A DNA stretch of 64,000 nucleotides from Candidatus Latescibacterota bacterium (GCA_965248435.1 OZ252100.1:4064001-4128000), one strand, 5' to 3'. Shown: positions 1 through 9,770, numbered from the stretch's first letter. Notes: generated by a model not told the origin, from the letters alone. Made by a program: numbers and translations.

Positions 1-516
1 GAGGTGTTCGACGATGATCTTCAGTCCGGGGTGATTCATGGCGACTTCGTCGATGAGCAGCGGATTGTAGAATCGCAGGGGCCACGGCGTGGATACGTGG
101 GCCCCGGTGTGAATGAGGATCGTGAGGCCCAGGTCTTCACAAGTCGAGTAGAATGGCTCGTTCTTCGGATCGTTGATGGGGGTCTCGAAGACAGGGGGAT
201 GATACTTCACGCCCACGAACCCCTTTGCAGCGAATTCCTTCGCAAGGGAGGCCGCGTCGGGATGTTTGGGATCCGCGGTGATGAACGGGACCAACTGATC
301 GTAGTCTTTCAGTTTGTCGCTAAGCCAGTCGTTCAACGCCCAGCAGTCCGATGCTGACATGGCGTGGTAATCGTAGAGGGGAAACACGACGGCGCGTTCC
401 ACACCGATCCGGTCCAGGACCTCCACGAACCTTTCGACGGTGGAGAACATGGGTTCGCCGCGTCGGATGCCCCAGGCACTGTCTACCGGCGCGACGTGGT
501 TATGATTGATGAACAT
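1..516 (-). CDS. Amidohydrolase-family (amidohydro_2-like) metal-dependent hydrolase, 3' end beyond the window edge
   Basis: Not in the ORF track. My translation of the minus strand from ATG at 516 gives MFINHNHVAP...GFVGVKYHPP...ILIHTGAH...HPGLKIIVEHL (HxH, KxHP, IHTG and HPxLxxxxxH motifs). GGAAGGA RBS upstream. Confidence 0.8.
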   Translation of the reverse strand, partial: MFINHNHVAPVDSAWGIRRGEPMFSTVERFVEVLDRIGVERAVVFPLYDYHAMSASDCWALNDWLSDKLKDYDQLVPFITADPKHPDAASLAKEFAAKGFVGVKYHPPVFETPINDPKNEPFYSTCEDLGLTILIHTGAHVSTPWPLRFYNPLLIDEVAMNHPGLKIIVEHL

Positions 517-557
517 CCCACTTTCCTTCCTCGCGGCGTTACGGGAATCCTGGGGCG

Positions 558-1460
558 CTACTTTTGACCGCCCGAAACAGGCGGAAGACCGAAAGCCTCG
601 AGACGTTCGGAGAGCTCGCGTTTCCGGTCCGGTGAAAACGCGTAGAGGGGAGGTCGAGGGTCGCCGCAGTCGATACCGAGCCTTTCGCTGAGGAAATGCT
701 TGGTTCCGGCGAAGGTTTCGTAATCGTGGATGAGGCCGACGAATTGCGACGCCCTGTCCTGAGCGGCCTCAGCCCCTTTCAGGTCTCCTTCGTTGTAGGC
801 GTTCCAGATTTCGATCCAGAGCTCGGGTGCGGCAGCCGGCAGGCCGTCCACGCAGCCCGTCGCCCCGATCGTGAGGGCGGGGAGCATCATGAAGCAGTTT
901 CCGATCAGACATGAGAGCCCCATCTTCGTGAAGTCTCGCACGTAATGGACCACCGGGGCGGAATGCTTCAGGCCGACGAGCTGTGGGACGCGATCCTGAA
1001 TCACCTTCATGAAATCGGGGGTGATCTCCACCTGGGTGAATTGCGGTAGGTTGTAGACGAGAAAGGGCAAGTCGGCCGCTGCGGCGACGGCACGGTAGTG
1101 CTCCACGACGGCCTTGTCGCGGTGCAGGTAGAGAAACGGCGGCATACAGCAGATGGCGTCCACTCCGGCCTTCGCGGCGTTTTCGGCCAGCGCGGCGGCA
1201 CGGGGCGTGGAGGCGGCGCCGACGTGCATGATGTTCGTGATCCTTCCCGCGGCCTGATCGGCGGCGATCTCGGCGAGCCTGGTGTTCTCCTCGTCGGTGA
1301 GGAGGATGCTCTCGCCGGTGCCGCCGGCGATCCAGAAGCCGTGCACACCGGCCTGGATGTTGAACTCCATCACTTCCCGAAATGCGGTTTCATTCAGACT
1401 GCCGTCCCCGCGGGCCATGGGTGTGGGGATCGCGGGAAACAGGCCTCGAAACTCTGTCAT
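558..1460 (-). CDS. Dihydrodipicolinate synthase / N-acetylneuraminate lyase family aldolase
   Basis: GGTGES, YNLP and GLKHS (Schiff-base Lys) motifs; 300 aa. Confidence 0.9.
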   Translation of the reverse strand: MTEFRGLFPAIPTPMARGDGSLNETAFREVMEFNIQAGVHGFWIAGGTGESILLTDEENTRLAEIAADQAAGRITNIMHVGAASTPRAAALAENAAKAGVDAICCMPPFLYLHRDKAVVEHYRAVAAAADLPFLVYNLPQFTQVEITPDFMKVIQDRVPQLVGLKHSAPVVHYVRDFTKMGLSCLIGNCFMMLPALTIGATGCVDGLPAAAPELWIEIWNAYNEGDLKGAEAAQDRASQFVGLIHDYETFAGTKHFLSERLGIDCGDPRPPLYAFSPDRKRELSERLEAFGLPPVSGGQK

Positions 1461-1525
1461 GTGCCTCCCTTTCCGTTCTGGAAATGTTGCTGTGTCTAGT
1501 TCACATCACCGAACCGATAACCCGT

Positions 1526-1690
1526 TTTGTCATCCCGAGTGCAAGCGAGGGATCTCAACAGGAGACATATTACCCCTACGTCATGGAAAGATTCAGCAAA
1601 TTGCGCACTGTTGAGATTCCTCGTCGCCGTGGTCGTTGCCGTTCACCTGGATGCGAGACCAATTGCTTGTTGGCTCCTCGGAATGACAAA
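1526..1690. repeat. Three-block palindromic REP/MITE-like element, copy 1
   Basis: TTTGTCATCCCGAG...GCGAGGGATCTCAACAGG, 49-nt spacer, TGAGATTCCTCGTCGC, 45-nt spacer, GCTCCTCGGAATGACAAA. Related copies at 5185 and 11628. Confidence 0.9.
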
Positions 1691-1719
1691 TCTCGCCTTT
1701 ACGATACTGATACAAGAGC

Positions 1720-2601
1720 TTATCGGTCAAGTCGTTCCAGGAACTCGTCCAGCCAGTCTTCCTCCCCGAGGTGACGGGCGAAGTCGTTCTGCAAGTCGCG
1801 CTCGTCGTGGGCGTCCGATCCGCCCGTGGAAAAGAGGCCGTGTTTGACGCAGTACTTCCGGTAGCGCCGGGTAAACTCGGGCGGCACTGAACCGTGGGCA
1901 CATTCCAGGCCGTCGGCCTGACAGGTATCGAGATAGGCCTCGATCATCGATTCGTCATCGCCGACGTATCGGTAGGGATGTGCCAGGGCGACCAAAGCCC
2001 CGGACTGTTTCACGGCAGGGATGACGCTGTCAACGGCGGGAAAAGGAGGTGTGCTCACTTTTTCGCCCAGTCTTTCCATCAGAGGAGACAGCTCGTTCGG
2101 ATCGGAAATGAAGCCGCGGTCCGCGAGGAATCGCAGCCAGGCGTCGATCTGGCAGTCGGTGACGCCTTGAATATCGACGACGTTCGCGGGACGGTAGGAA
2201 CGGAGGAGCTCCAGGTAGTCCGCCTCGGTGACATCGAAGCCCAGCGCTTCGAGGCCCTTCCATCTCGCCTCGCCCGTTGCCCGCTGAAATTCCTGGTAGA
2301 TGTCGAGGACGTTTGAAAGAGGCCCTGAATCGTCTTGCTGAAGGCCGAAGCAGAGGAGATCGACGTGCCTCCGGTGGGGTGTGGATACGGTGAACTCTGC
2401 AGCCGGGATCGCTCTCACATCCGGATAGTCGCGACCCGCTTCGTCGATCCGGTCTGCGCCGTCCATGACCATGTGGTCGGTGACGGCGATACACCGCACG
2501 CCCTGTGTCTGGGCGTGCTGAAAGTAGCCCTCGAGGGTGTTGAACGCGTCGTAGCTCCAGCAGGTGTGAAGGTGGAGGTCATACGAGAGGCGCTGGAGCA
2601 T
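1720..2601 (-). CDS. PHP-domain metal-dependent phosphoesterase
   Basis: DLHLHTCWS, AVTDH, LAHP and GGSDAH PHP motifs. Confidence 0.9.
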   Translation of the reverse strand: MLQRLSYDLHLHTCWSYDAFNTLEGYFQHAQTQGVRCIAVTDHMVMDGADRIDEAGRDYPDVRAIPAAEFTVSTPHRRHVDLLCFGLQQDDSGPLSNVLDIYQEFQRATGEARWKGLEALGFDVTEADYLELLRSYRPANVVDIQGVTDCQIDAWLRFLADRGFISDPNELSPLMERLGEKVSTPPFPAVDSVIPAVKQSGALVALAHPYRYVGDDESMIEAYLDTCQADGLECAHGSVPPEFTRRYRKYCVKHGLFSTGGSDAHDERDLQNDFARHLGEEDWLDEFLERLDR

Positions 2602-2610
2602 CCGACCCGC

Positions 2611-3831
2611 TCATTGCCCGGCGACGAAGGGCGTTCGCTGAAACTTCATCAGGAACTCGACGCCGTCTGAAGTCACGTGGCAGAGGTCGCCCAGGGGGAC
2701 GAACATCGCCCCAGATCCGGGCAGCTCGAAGGTGGCGTGGACCACGAAAGTCATCCCGGCCTCGAGCGGCTGATCGTTGTCCGGGCTTAACCTGGGAACC
2801 TCGGCGTAGTCCATCCCCATGCCGTGACCGACACGGCCACCCTGTATCGGGAGCCCGCGTTTGTCCCCGGCCTGGCTGATGGCCTGTCCGATCTTGCCGA
2901 CCGGGACGCCCGGCTTGATGGCCGCGAGGCCCTCGTCCTGGGCTTCTCTCGCTATCGTGCAGAGTTTCTCGAGCTCAGGCACCTCTTTCTTCATGTATCC
3001 GGTGCGCTGTCCGTGACACCAGTAGCCCTTGTAGAGGACGTAGGAACAGGAGGCCATCAGGTCGCCCTCTTCCAGCACACGAAGGTGAGGCTTCATGTCC
3101 AGATGGGCATTGGCCCAATCGGGTGGGGGGCCGGAGGCCATCCAGTACATGGCGTGGTCCGCGCCCTCTCTGCGCACCGCGCGCTCCATCTCGGCGAGGA
3201 TCTCGATTCCGGACATTCCGGGCTTCGCGACTTCGAGCATGGTGTTGAATCCGAGGTCGCTCAATTCAGCGGCGCGGCGCATGAGCTGGAGTTCGTTTTC
3301 GCTTTTTACCGAACGGTGTTCGGCGATGATGTCGGGGATCCGTATGAGTCGATCTCCAAGTTCCTGTTGGAGTGCCTCGAAGAGTGGAACGGGCATGTTG
3401 TTCACGCCGACGATGCCGATCCCTCCGGAGTCGATCCCGTTCTCCTCGAGGACGGCGAGGGTCCCCGCCGCGAAGCTGGGAGGGCCACTGTCCTTACCGC
3501 CAGTGGGGGCCACTGCGTTTGGATCGACGGCCTTGGCGAGTCTGATGTCATCGATCCTGTTCGGGCCGAGCATCTGTTCGAGCATGAACGGCATTCCGGC
3601 GAGCAGGACGACGGGGTGGCCGGTTGCGGGGACGACGACGGCGGTTTCTACGAGGCGGTCGTAGTTGTCGAAACCGGACAGGTAGCCGACGTGCCCGATC
3701 TGGCTCCATTTGTGCTCGGGGGGCTGGGAATAGGCGAAGAGTGCTGCGAGGCCCTCATCCTTCAGGTAGGCCTGGACCCGGGCCCAGCGGCCCTGGAACT
3801 CCTCTAAGGAACAGCGTTCGTGGTCTTGCAT
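2611..3831 (-). CDS. M24 family Xaa-Pro peptidase / creatinase-like protein
   Basis: RSVKSENE and GHGMGMDYAE motifs; creatinase-like N-domain; some metal ligands look substituted. Confidence 0.85.
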   Translation of the reverse strand: MQDHERCSLEEFQGRWARVQAYLKDEGLAALFAYSQPPEHKWSQIGHVGYLSGFDNYDRLVETAVVVPATGHPVVLLAGMPFMLEQMLGPNRIDDIRLAKAVDPNAVAPTGGKDSGPPSFAAGTLAVLEENGIDSGGIGIVGVNNMPVPLFEALQQELGDRLIRIPDIIAEHRSVKSENELQLMRRAAELSDLGFNTMLEVAKPGMSGIEILAEMERAVRREGADHAMYWMASGPPPDWANAHLDMKPHLRVLEEGDLMASCSYVLYKGYWCHGQRTGYMKKEVPELEKLCTIAREAQDEGLAAIKPGVPVGKIGQAISQAGDKRGLPIQGGRVGHGMGMDYAEVPRLSPDNDQPLEAGMTFVVHATFELPGSGAMFVPLGDLCHVTSDGVEFLMKFQRTPFVAGQ

Positions 3832-3934
3832 GTGTCACCTCGTCTTCTAGAGTTTGGCTTGCATTTGAAAGGTCAAATTTTCAGTCGCAAAATAGTGAAA
3901 CGGTGGGGATGGGACAAACGGAAATCAGTGGATC

Positions 3935-4098
3935 GGCCCTCACCCTGCCTCGCTTCGCTCGGCATCCCTCTCCCATAAATGGGAGAGGGAAAGCATCGTG
4001 CATATCTACTCCCCTCTCCCACGTGTGGGTGAGAGTAGATGCTGATGACATCGTCACCCAAATCGTGAAACGGGGGAGCGGGGCTGGGGGTGAGGGCC
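3935..4098. repeat. CCCTCACCC / CCTCTCCC-type REP-like composite palindrome
   Basis: GGCCCTCACCC...CCCTCTCCC ATAAAT GGGAGAGGG...GGGTGAGGGCC. Half copies at 52759 and 53896. Confidence 0.75.
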
Positions 4099-4114
4099 TT
4101 AAATCAGACTAGAC

Positions 4115-5086
4115 CTACTGGCCATCTTCTACTTCACTGATGACGGTGAAGCGATCGACGACCTTGCCGGAGATGTCTTTGAACATAAAGTCGGCGCGGT
4201 TTTTCTGGCCGTCGACGTTGAAGACACCGAAGAGGGCGCCGTGGGTACCGCCGCGGTCGGCGGTGTGGACGCTCGCCCACCACTTGCCGAGGGGGTACTG
4301 CTTGCGCTTGCGGACGCTCTTCCCGCCCAGACCGGAGACGATGACGAAGGTCCGGCCCTCGGCGAGGCGGAGCGTGTCGGATTTGCTGGCGATTTTCCGG
4401 CGCTTGATGTCCTCGAGGAGATAGGTTCTGCCGTAGGTATGGTCGTGGCCCGTGGTGATGATCGCGCCGCCCAGCCTGGCCTCGCGGTAGACGTCCCAGC
4501 CGGTCGCGTTGGCGTTTCCGCCTATCTGCATGGGCCTCATGTTTTTGTGCCACGAGCAGATGCTCCATATGGAGCGATCGATCGCGAGGCTTTCCCGGAT
4601 GTAGACGTCGTGGTCGAAGCCGATCTCCCCGGGCGCGACGAAGACGAAATAGATGCCTTTGTAGTGGAAGCGGGACTGGACGCCGAGGTCGCCCTCCCAC
4701 TCGATGCCGAGCCGGTTGAAGCGACTCTCGATCAGCTGCTGATATCCCTTCGGGATCCTCCACCTTGACCGGTCGTGGTTCCCGATCACGGAGAAGTATG
4801 GAAAATCAGGGCCCAGGATCCCGTTGATCTGCTTCTCCCATTCAAGGGGTTTGTTCTTGTAGTCTAAGTCACCGGCATGCACCACAGCGTGGGCGCCTTC
4901 GGTTTTGATCATCCAGAGCACCGCCTTCGAGCTGGCGTAAAGTCCCTGGTCCCCGATGAAGGCGATCTTGAAATTCTCGGGCGTTTCGTCGGAGGTCTCT
5001 TCTGCGTGGGTCGGAAGCGGGGCGATCAGCAGCAGCAATAGAGCTGAAGCGACCCTCAGTATTCTTCTTGATGAATTGCAGCTCAT
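4115..5086 (-). CDS. Secreted calcineurin-like metallophosphoesterase
   Basis: Signal peptide; IGD, HAGD, GNHD and GHDH motifs. Confidence 0.9.
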   Translation of the reverse strand: MSCNSSRRILRVASALLLLLIAPLPTHAEETSDETPENFKIAFIGDQGLYASSKAVLWMIKTEGAHAVVHAGDLDYKNKPLEWEKQINGILGPDFPYFSVIGNHDRSRWRIPKGYQQLIESRFNRLGIEWEGDLGVQSRFHYKGIYFVFVAPGEIGFDHDVYIRESLAIDRSIWSICSWHKNMRPMQIGGNANATGWDVYREARLGGAIITTGHDHTYGRTYLLEDIKRRKIASKSDTLRLAEGRTFVIVSGLGGKSVRKRKQYPLGKWWASVHTADRGGTHGALFGVFNVDGQKNRADFMFKDISGKVVDRFTVISEVEDGQ

Positions 5087-5117
5087 TAGACCTAACCCCC
5101 CGGCCAGCGGCTCTCTA

Positions 5118-5148
5118 ATTGCGGATTGCGGATTTGGGATTGCGGATT
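5118..5148 (+). repeat. Heptamer tandem repeat (GATTGCG/GATTTGG)
   Basis: ATTGCGGATTGCGGATTTGGGATTGCGGATT; also at about 29355, 60477 and 61852. Confidence 0.8.
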
Positions 5149-5184
5149 CAAAAGGCAGACCACGAAACGTGCTTGTGACTCCCC

Positions 5185-5350
5185 TTTGTCATTCCGAGCG
5201 TCAGCGAGGAATCTCAACAGGTAATGTGGCAGTCGTTACCTTAGGGAATGACTCAGTGAGGAGCTCTCTCTTGAGATCCCTCGTCGCATGGTCACTCTGA
5301 GTCTTACCGAAACTATGTTTATGTCCCGAAGGGCTCCTCGGGATGACAAA
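5185..5350. repeat. Three-block palindromic REP/MITE-like element, copy 2
   Basis: Same three blocks as copy 1, with spacers of 50 and 45 nt. Confidence 0.9.
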
Positions 5351-5378
5351 TTTTGCAGTTGGGATGGGCGACGCATCG

Positions 5379-6143
5379 CTAAGAGATCAATCCATGTGTC
5401 CGCAGATAGGTGAGCGATTTTTCGATTCGCTGTTCCACGCCTTCGCGAGTGATTTCCTCTCCGCGGATGCCTTCGAGCTCCAGGGTATACGGGCCGTCGA
5501 AGCCCCGGGCACCCAGCATCTGAAATATCGAGGGGAAATCGACGATGCCCTCGCCGAGGGCGGGGAAGTGCCAGGACTGGTAGCCGCCGTCGGTATCTTT
5601 GAGGTGGACTGTGGCTACATATTCTATAATCTTATCCAGTTCTTGAACCGCGTCAACATCCCGGTTGTAGTAGTAGAGGTTCGCGGTGTCGAAGTTGATC
5701 GAGATGTTGGGATGGTTGACACCTCGCATGGTATGAAGCGCGACGTTCGCATTGGTCGCCAGATCGGGATGGGTCTCCATGACCACGACGATGTTTCGTT
5801 CGGCGGCCGCGTCACCGATGTCCTGAAGGCGGCCGTAGACGAAGTCGCGGCCGATCTCGCTGGAGTGCACGCTGGTGAATACAAGCGGTACGTCCATTTC
5901 GGCGACGATGTCGAGTGCCCTGGTGAATCGGAAGACGACGTCGTCGGCACCCATCTCGCACTGAACCATGAGGATGGTTGGCCTGAGTCCGTGGCGTTCA
6001 AGCTCCGCTCGCGTCGCGTCGACGTCCCGAGGCTCGGGGCAGGGGATCTCGACGTTCGTAAGCCCGATTCGAGCCAGGTGTGCGTAGGCCGTCTCTCTGA
6101 ATTCCCGGTAGCTGTTGAGGTTGCAGGCGATGATGTTGGACAT
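5379..6143 (-). CDS. Sugar phosphate isomerase/epimerase (xylose isomerase-like TIM barrel)
   Basis: METHP, FDTAN, HLKD, LGEGIVDF and LELE motifs. Confidence 0.9.
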   Translation of the reverse strand: MSNIIACNLNSYREFRETAYAHLARIGLTNVEIPCPEPRDVDATRAELERHGLRPTILMVQCEMGADDVVFRFTRALDIVAEMDVPLVFTSVHSSEIGRDFVYGRLQDIGDAAAERNIVVVMETHPDLATNANVALHTMRGVNHPNISINFDTANLYYYNRDVDAVQELDKIIEYVATVHLKDTDGGYQSWHFPALGEGIVDFPSIFQMLGARGFDGPYTLELEGIRGEEITREGVEQRIEKSLTYLRTHGLIS

Positions 6144-6147
6144 ACCG

Positions 6148-6615
6148 TTATTTCACGACGCGCACGATCCGGTCTCCTCGCGGGGGATCGAATCCGAGAA
6201 GGGCTTTTACGTTCGGAAGGAGAACCCCCTCGTTCAGGTTCGCGTCGACGATCAGAACGGCGGAGATTCGTTTGATTCGCGGGGAGGTGCGGAGGGTGTG
6301 CCGGACGGTTCTGGAGATCGCGTGGACGGTCTGCCGCGTCTGGCGGGTTCTGTCAGGGCGCTTCTCCAGAGCCAGTCGAGATGAGATGAAGGGTCCTTGC
6401 CGCGCTTCGAGTCGGGTCTCTTCAACTCGGTCGGCGTCCAACTCAACGGTGACCTGGATTCTGGCTCGCCCTGGACCGAGTAGACGGTCGAGAAGGGACT
6501 GGGTCTTCACTTCGAGACGCGAGGACGTTCTACGGGCAAGGAAGCTGTTTTCCGAACCGGCCCAGCTGGAGGAGGAGAACAAAAAGAAGAGGGTAAGAGA
6601 AAGGATCGCGCGCAT
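6148..6615 (-). CDS. Secreted protein resembling a stand-alone FliF C-terminal (RBM3) domain
   Basis: Signal peptide MRAILSLTLFFLFSSSSWA; LLDRLLGPGRARIQVTVELD, RTVRH...IKRISAVLIVD and LLGFDPPRGDRI match the FliF_C pattern as I recall it. Confidence 0.65.
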   Translation of the reverse strand: MRAILSLTLFFLFSSSSWAGSENSFLARRTSSRLEVKTQSLLDRLLGPGRARIQVTVELDADRVEETRLEARQGPFISSRLALEKRPDRTRQTRQTVHAISRTVRHTLRTSPRIKRISAVLIVDANLNEGVLLPNVKALLGFDPPRGDRIVRVVK

Positions 6616-6620
6616 CGGCG

Positions 6621-6848
6621 TCAGAAAAGCATTCGAATGAGCAGCGAGATCGCGATGAAGACGACAATGGGCGAAAGGTCGAGTCCGCCCATCGAGGGGA
6701 GGACGCGACGGATGGGGGCGAGCACCGGCTCCGTGAGGACGTAGAAGATCCTGACGAGCGGGTTGAAGGGGTTCGGATTCACCCAGGAGAGGATGACGCG
6801 GATGATCAGGACGTAGGAGTAGAGTTTCAGGATGGTGACGAGGAGCAT
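6621..6848 (-). CDS. yggT: YggT family membrane protein
   Basis: ILSWVNP...NPLV...LTEPVLAPIRRVLP...GGLDLSP signature. Confidence 0.92.
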   Translation of the reverse strand: MLLVTILKLYSYVLIIRVILSWVNPNPFNPLVRIFYVLTEPVLAPIRRVLPSMGGLDLSPIVVFIAISLLIRMLF

Positions 6849-6859
6849 GCCTTCTCCTT

Positions 6860-7660
6860 CTATTGCTTGTCCTTCTTCAGGTTCTCTTCCAGAAACTTCT
6901 CGGTTCGGGACCAGGCCTTTTTGGCCGCCGCCGCGTTGTAGCGCGTTCCGGTGGGGTTGGCGAAGGCGTGATCTGCCTTGCCGTAGACGTGGATCTCGTG
7001 TGAGACGTCAGCTTTCTTCAGGCCTTTTTCGAACTCCCGGACGCGCGCGACCGGGATGCCCCGATCCAGCTCGCCGAACTGTCCGAGGACCGGACAGGCG
7101 ATCGTTTTGAGGATCTCCGGATCGGTCTTGAGACGGCCGTAGTAGATGACCGCGGCGGCGAGGTTCGGGTTGTGAATGGCCAGATTCAGCGACTGGGCGC
7201 CCCCGAAACACCAGCCGATGCTTCCGACTCGATCCCTGCTGACGAACGGGTGCGACTGGAGATACGTGACGGCGGCGTCGAGGTTCGCGAGCGCCGATTC
7301 GGGTTCCACCTTACGCATGGCCGCTCGGGCCGCGTCGGGTGAATCTGCGACCGTGCCTTCATAAAGGTCCACGGCCAGGGCCGCGTAGCCGTTCTCCGCA
7401 AACCCATCCGCCTCCTCTCTTATGTTGTCGTTCAACCCCCACCATTCGTGGATGACGACGAGGGCCGGGAAGGGGCCTTCGCCCGGGGGGAGCGCCATGT
7501 AGCCCTTGACTGCAGGTTTGGCGTCAAAATAAGAGACCTTCCCGGCAGAACCTTCTGCCGGGTCGTCTTCCGCGTGACCAGAGACAGGCCAGACGAGGAG
7601 CAGGAGAGCACCAGCGAGAAGGATGGGCGGTGTCTTGGGCCTCAAAAGAATGTCCTCCAA
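6860..7660 (-). CDS. Dienelactone hydrolase family protein, exported
   Basis: IHEWWGLN, GWCFGG nucleophile elbow and HAFAN motifs; signal peptide. Confidence 0.92.
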   Translation of the reverse strand: MEDILLRPKTPPILLAGALLLLVWPVSGHAEDDPAEGSAGKVSYFDAKPAVKGYMALPPGEGPFPALVVIHEWWGLNDNIREEADGFAENGYAALAVDLYEGTVADSPDAARAAMRKVEPESALANLDAAVTYLQSHPFVSRDRVGSIGWCFGGAQSLNLAIHNPNLAAAVIYYGRLKTDPEILKTIACPVLGQFGELDRGIPVARVREFEKGLKKADVSHEIHVYGKADHAFANPTGTRYNAAAAKKAWSRTEKFLEENLKKDKQ

Positions 7661-7854
7661 ATGTATATTTCGGACCCGAAATGCTGGAACGCAATAAAGT
7701 TACGTCATCGAAAGGAAAATGCAACTTGTTTGAGGATTTTCGCGAACAGTGCGGACTGTTCGGGCCTCCGGTGATAGATAGACAAAGATGGCGAGGACAT
7801 TTATATTGGTAAACAGCCTGGATTTGATCCTGAAGCTTTCAGACCGGACGGGAC

Positions 7855-8325
7855 ATGGAGACACAAACCATTTTTCTTGATGAACAGGACGCGCAGAAGG
7901 GTAAGCGGCAAGATGGGAAGCTGTTCTGGGTAGTTCAGTTCGCTCTCTGTATATGGATCGCTGCTCTGGCCGTCACTGTTCACTCCGATCCACATAGAAA
8001 CGTGCTCCGCGTGATTGCGCTGGTCTGTGTATGCCTAATGGTTGCAATCCTGGTCTTTCTGAGATTCTTCGTGTCTCCAACACGAAGACCGTTTATCACC
8101 TTTCAGGACGATCGTTTAGTAGTGAAACAGAGCCTCTTCAGGAAGGCACAACAAATAGCCAGGGATGAAATTTCCTCAGTGGATCTCCAACCCAGCGCTA
8201 TCGAAATCATTCCGAAAGATGCGGAGAGGGGCAAGATCAGACTCGAGATGATGTCATATGCAGTAAATCAAAAAGTGAAGGCGTGTTTTCACACCTATAT
8301 GGAAGATGGGGAGAATCGTGGGTGA
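7855..8325 (+). CDS. Hypothetical two-TM membrane protein
   Basis: Two hydrophobic segments followed by a soluble domain; overlaps the amidase start. Confidence 0.6.
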   Translation: METQTIFLDEQDAQKGKRQDGKLFWVVQFALCIWIAALAVTVHSDPHRNVLRVIALVCVCLMVAILVFLRFFVSPTRRPFITFQDDRLVVKQSLFRKAQQIARDEISSVDLQPSAIEIIPKDAERGKIRLEMMSYAVNQKVKACFHTYMEDGENRG

Positions 8326-9742
8326 CGAATCGTTGGCGTTGGCTTCAGCGACCGATCTCCTGAAGCTGATCGCGACGAAACAGGTTTCACCAGTTGAGCT
8401 GACAGAGCTTTTCTTCAGCCGCATCGATCGACTGGACTCACAGCTGAACGCCTTCCTCGAGTTGGCCCGCGACGAGGCGATGGAGACAGCGAAGGCCGCC
8501 GAGGAGGCCGTGGTCCGAGGTGAACCGCTGGGACCGCTTCACGGACTGCCGATCCCGATCAAGGACAACCAGATGACACGCGGCATCCGGACGACTTCGG
8601 GATCGCTGGTGTTTAAAGACCGAGTGCCAGAGCGCGACTGCGCCGTGGTAGAGCACGTACGGAATGCCGGGGCTATCATCCTGGGCAAGACCAACGTTCC
8701 GGAGTTCGCCATGGTCGGCACGTGTGAGAACAGACTCGGCGACCCGGGAGGCAACCCCTGGAATCTCGAGTACACACCGGGGGGATCGAGCGGGGGCGCT
8801 GCCGCCGCGGTGGCCGCATATCTGTGTCCCCTGGCGACGGGCAGTGACGGCGGCGGGTCGATACGGATCCCGGCGCACTTCTGCGGTGTGTATGGCATCA
8901 AGCCGACGCAGGGCAGGGTGTCGGGCTTCACCGGTCTTAAGGGACCGCCCAAGCCTTACATGCTCTCGCAGAACGGGCCCCTCAGCCGCGCGGTGAGGGA
9001 TTCGGCGTTGCTCCTGCAGGTCCTGGCCGGTCACGATTCCAGGGACCCGACCTCGCTGCGGGAGGCACCCGGCGATTACGTCGCAGCACTCGACCAGGAG
9101 GTCTCGGGTCTTCGCGTTGCGTGGAGCCCGGACTTCGGGTTTGCGGACGTGGACCCTGAAGTCTTGGACGTCACTTCCGCTGCTGCTCGCGTGTTCGAAG
9201 AATTGGGCTGTCACGTGGAGGAATCCGACTTTGCGATGGATCCCCCCTACGACACGTTCGGGCCGATGATCGATGCGGACTGCTACGCCTCACTCGGTCA
9301 ATATCTGGAGCGTCACGGCGATCAAATGACCGAATTCGTCCGGTTCTCACTCGAACGTGGCGCCAGGGTCACCGGTGCTGATTATTCGAGGGTCCTGGGT
9401 CAAATCAACGTATTGCGGGCCCGTATGACGGATCTGTTCGAGGAGTTCGACCTCCTGCTTTCGCCGACGGCCTGTTTTCCCGCATTTCCCAACGGAGCGT
9501 TTCCCGGTGAAGTCTCCGGCAGATCGGCCTACCCCGAACAGTACTGGAACGGCGCGTTCACGCTGCCGATCAACGTGATCGGTCATACCGCGGCCAACGT
9601 CCCTGCAGGCTTCTCGAGCAGCGGTCTGCCGATCGGTCTTCACATCGTGGGCAGAAAGGGAGCGGAAGAGACGGTCCTGGCCGCATCGGCTGCATTCGAG
9701 CGTGCGAGGCCGTGGATCGGACGCAGACCCCAAGTGTCATGA
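8318..9742 (+). CDS. Amidase signature family enzyme (GatA-like)
   Basis: GPLHGLPIPIKD, GGSSGG and GSDGGGSIRIPA motifs; GTG start after GGAG. Confidence 0.93.
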   Translation: MGDESLALASATDLLKLIATKQVSPVELTELFFSRIDRLDSQLNAFLELARDEAMETAKAAEEAVVRGEPLGPLHGLPIPIKDNQMTRGIRTTSGSLVFKDRVPERDCAVVEHVRNAGAIILGKTNVPEFAMVGTCENRLGDPGGNPWNLEYTPGGSSGGAAAAVAAYLCPLATGSDGGGSIRIPAHFCGVYGIKPTQGRVSGFTGLKGPPKPYMLSQNGPLSRAVRDSALLLQVLAGHDSRDPTSLREAPGDYVAALDQEVSGLRVAWSPDFGFADVDPEVLDVTSAAARVFEELGCHVEESDFAMDPPYDTFGPMIDADCYASLGQYLERHGDQMTEFVRFSLERGARVTGADYSRVLGQINVLRARMTDLFEEFDLLLSPTACFPAFPNGAFPGEVSGRSAYPEQYWNGAFTLPINVIGHTAANVPAGFSSSGLPIGLHIVGRKGAEETVLAASAAFERARPWIGRRPQVS

Positions 9743-9770
9743 AACCCGTATCTCGTATTTCGTATCTCGT
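9742..9770 (+). repeat. AAACCC(GTATCTC)n heptamer repeat immediately after a stop codon
   Basis: AAACCCGTATCTCGTATTTCGTATCTCGT; also at 52744 and 53841. Confidence 0.75.

Noticed and set aside
4-691. Plus-strand ORFs at 4-357, 364-567 and 506-691
   Set aside because: They are antisense shadows of the minus-strand amidohydrolase and DHDPS genes.
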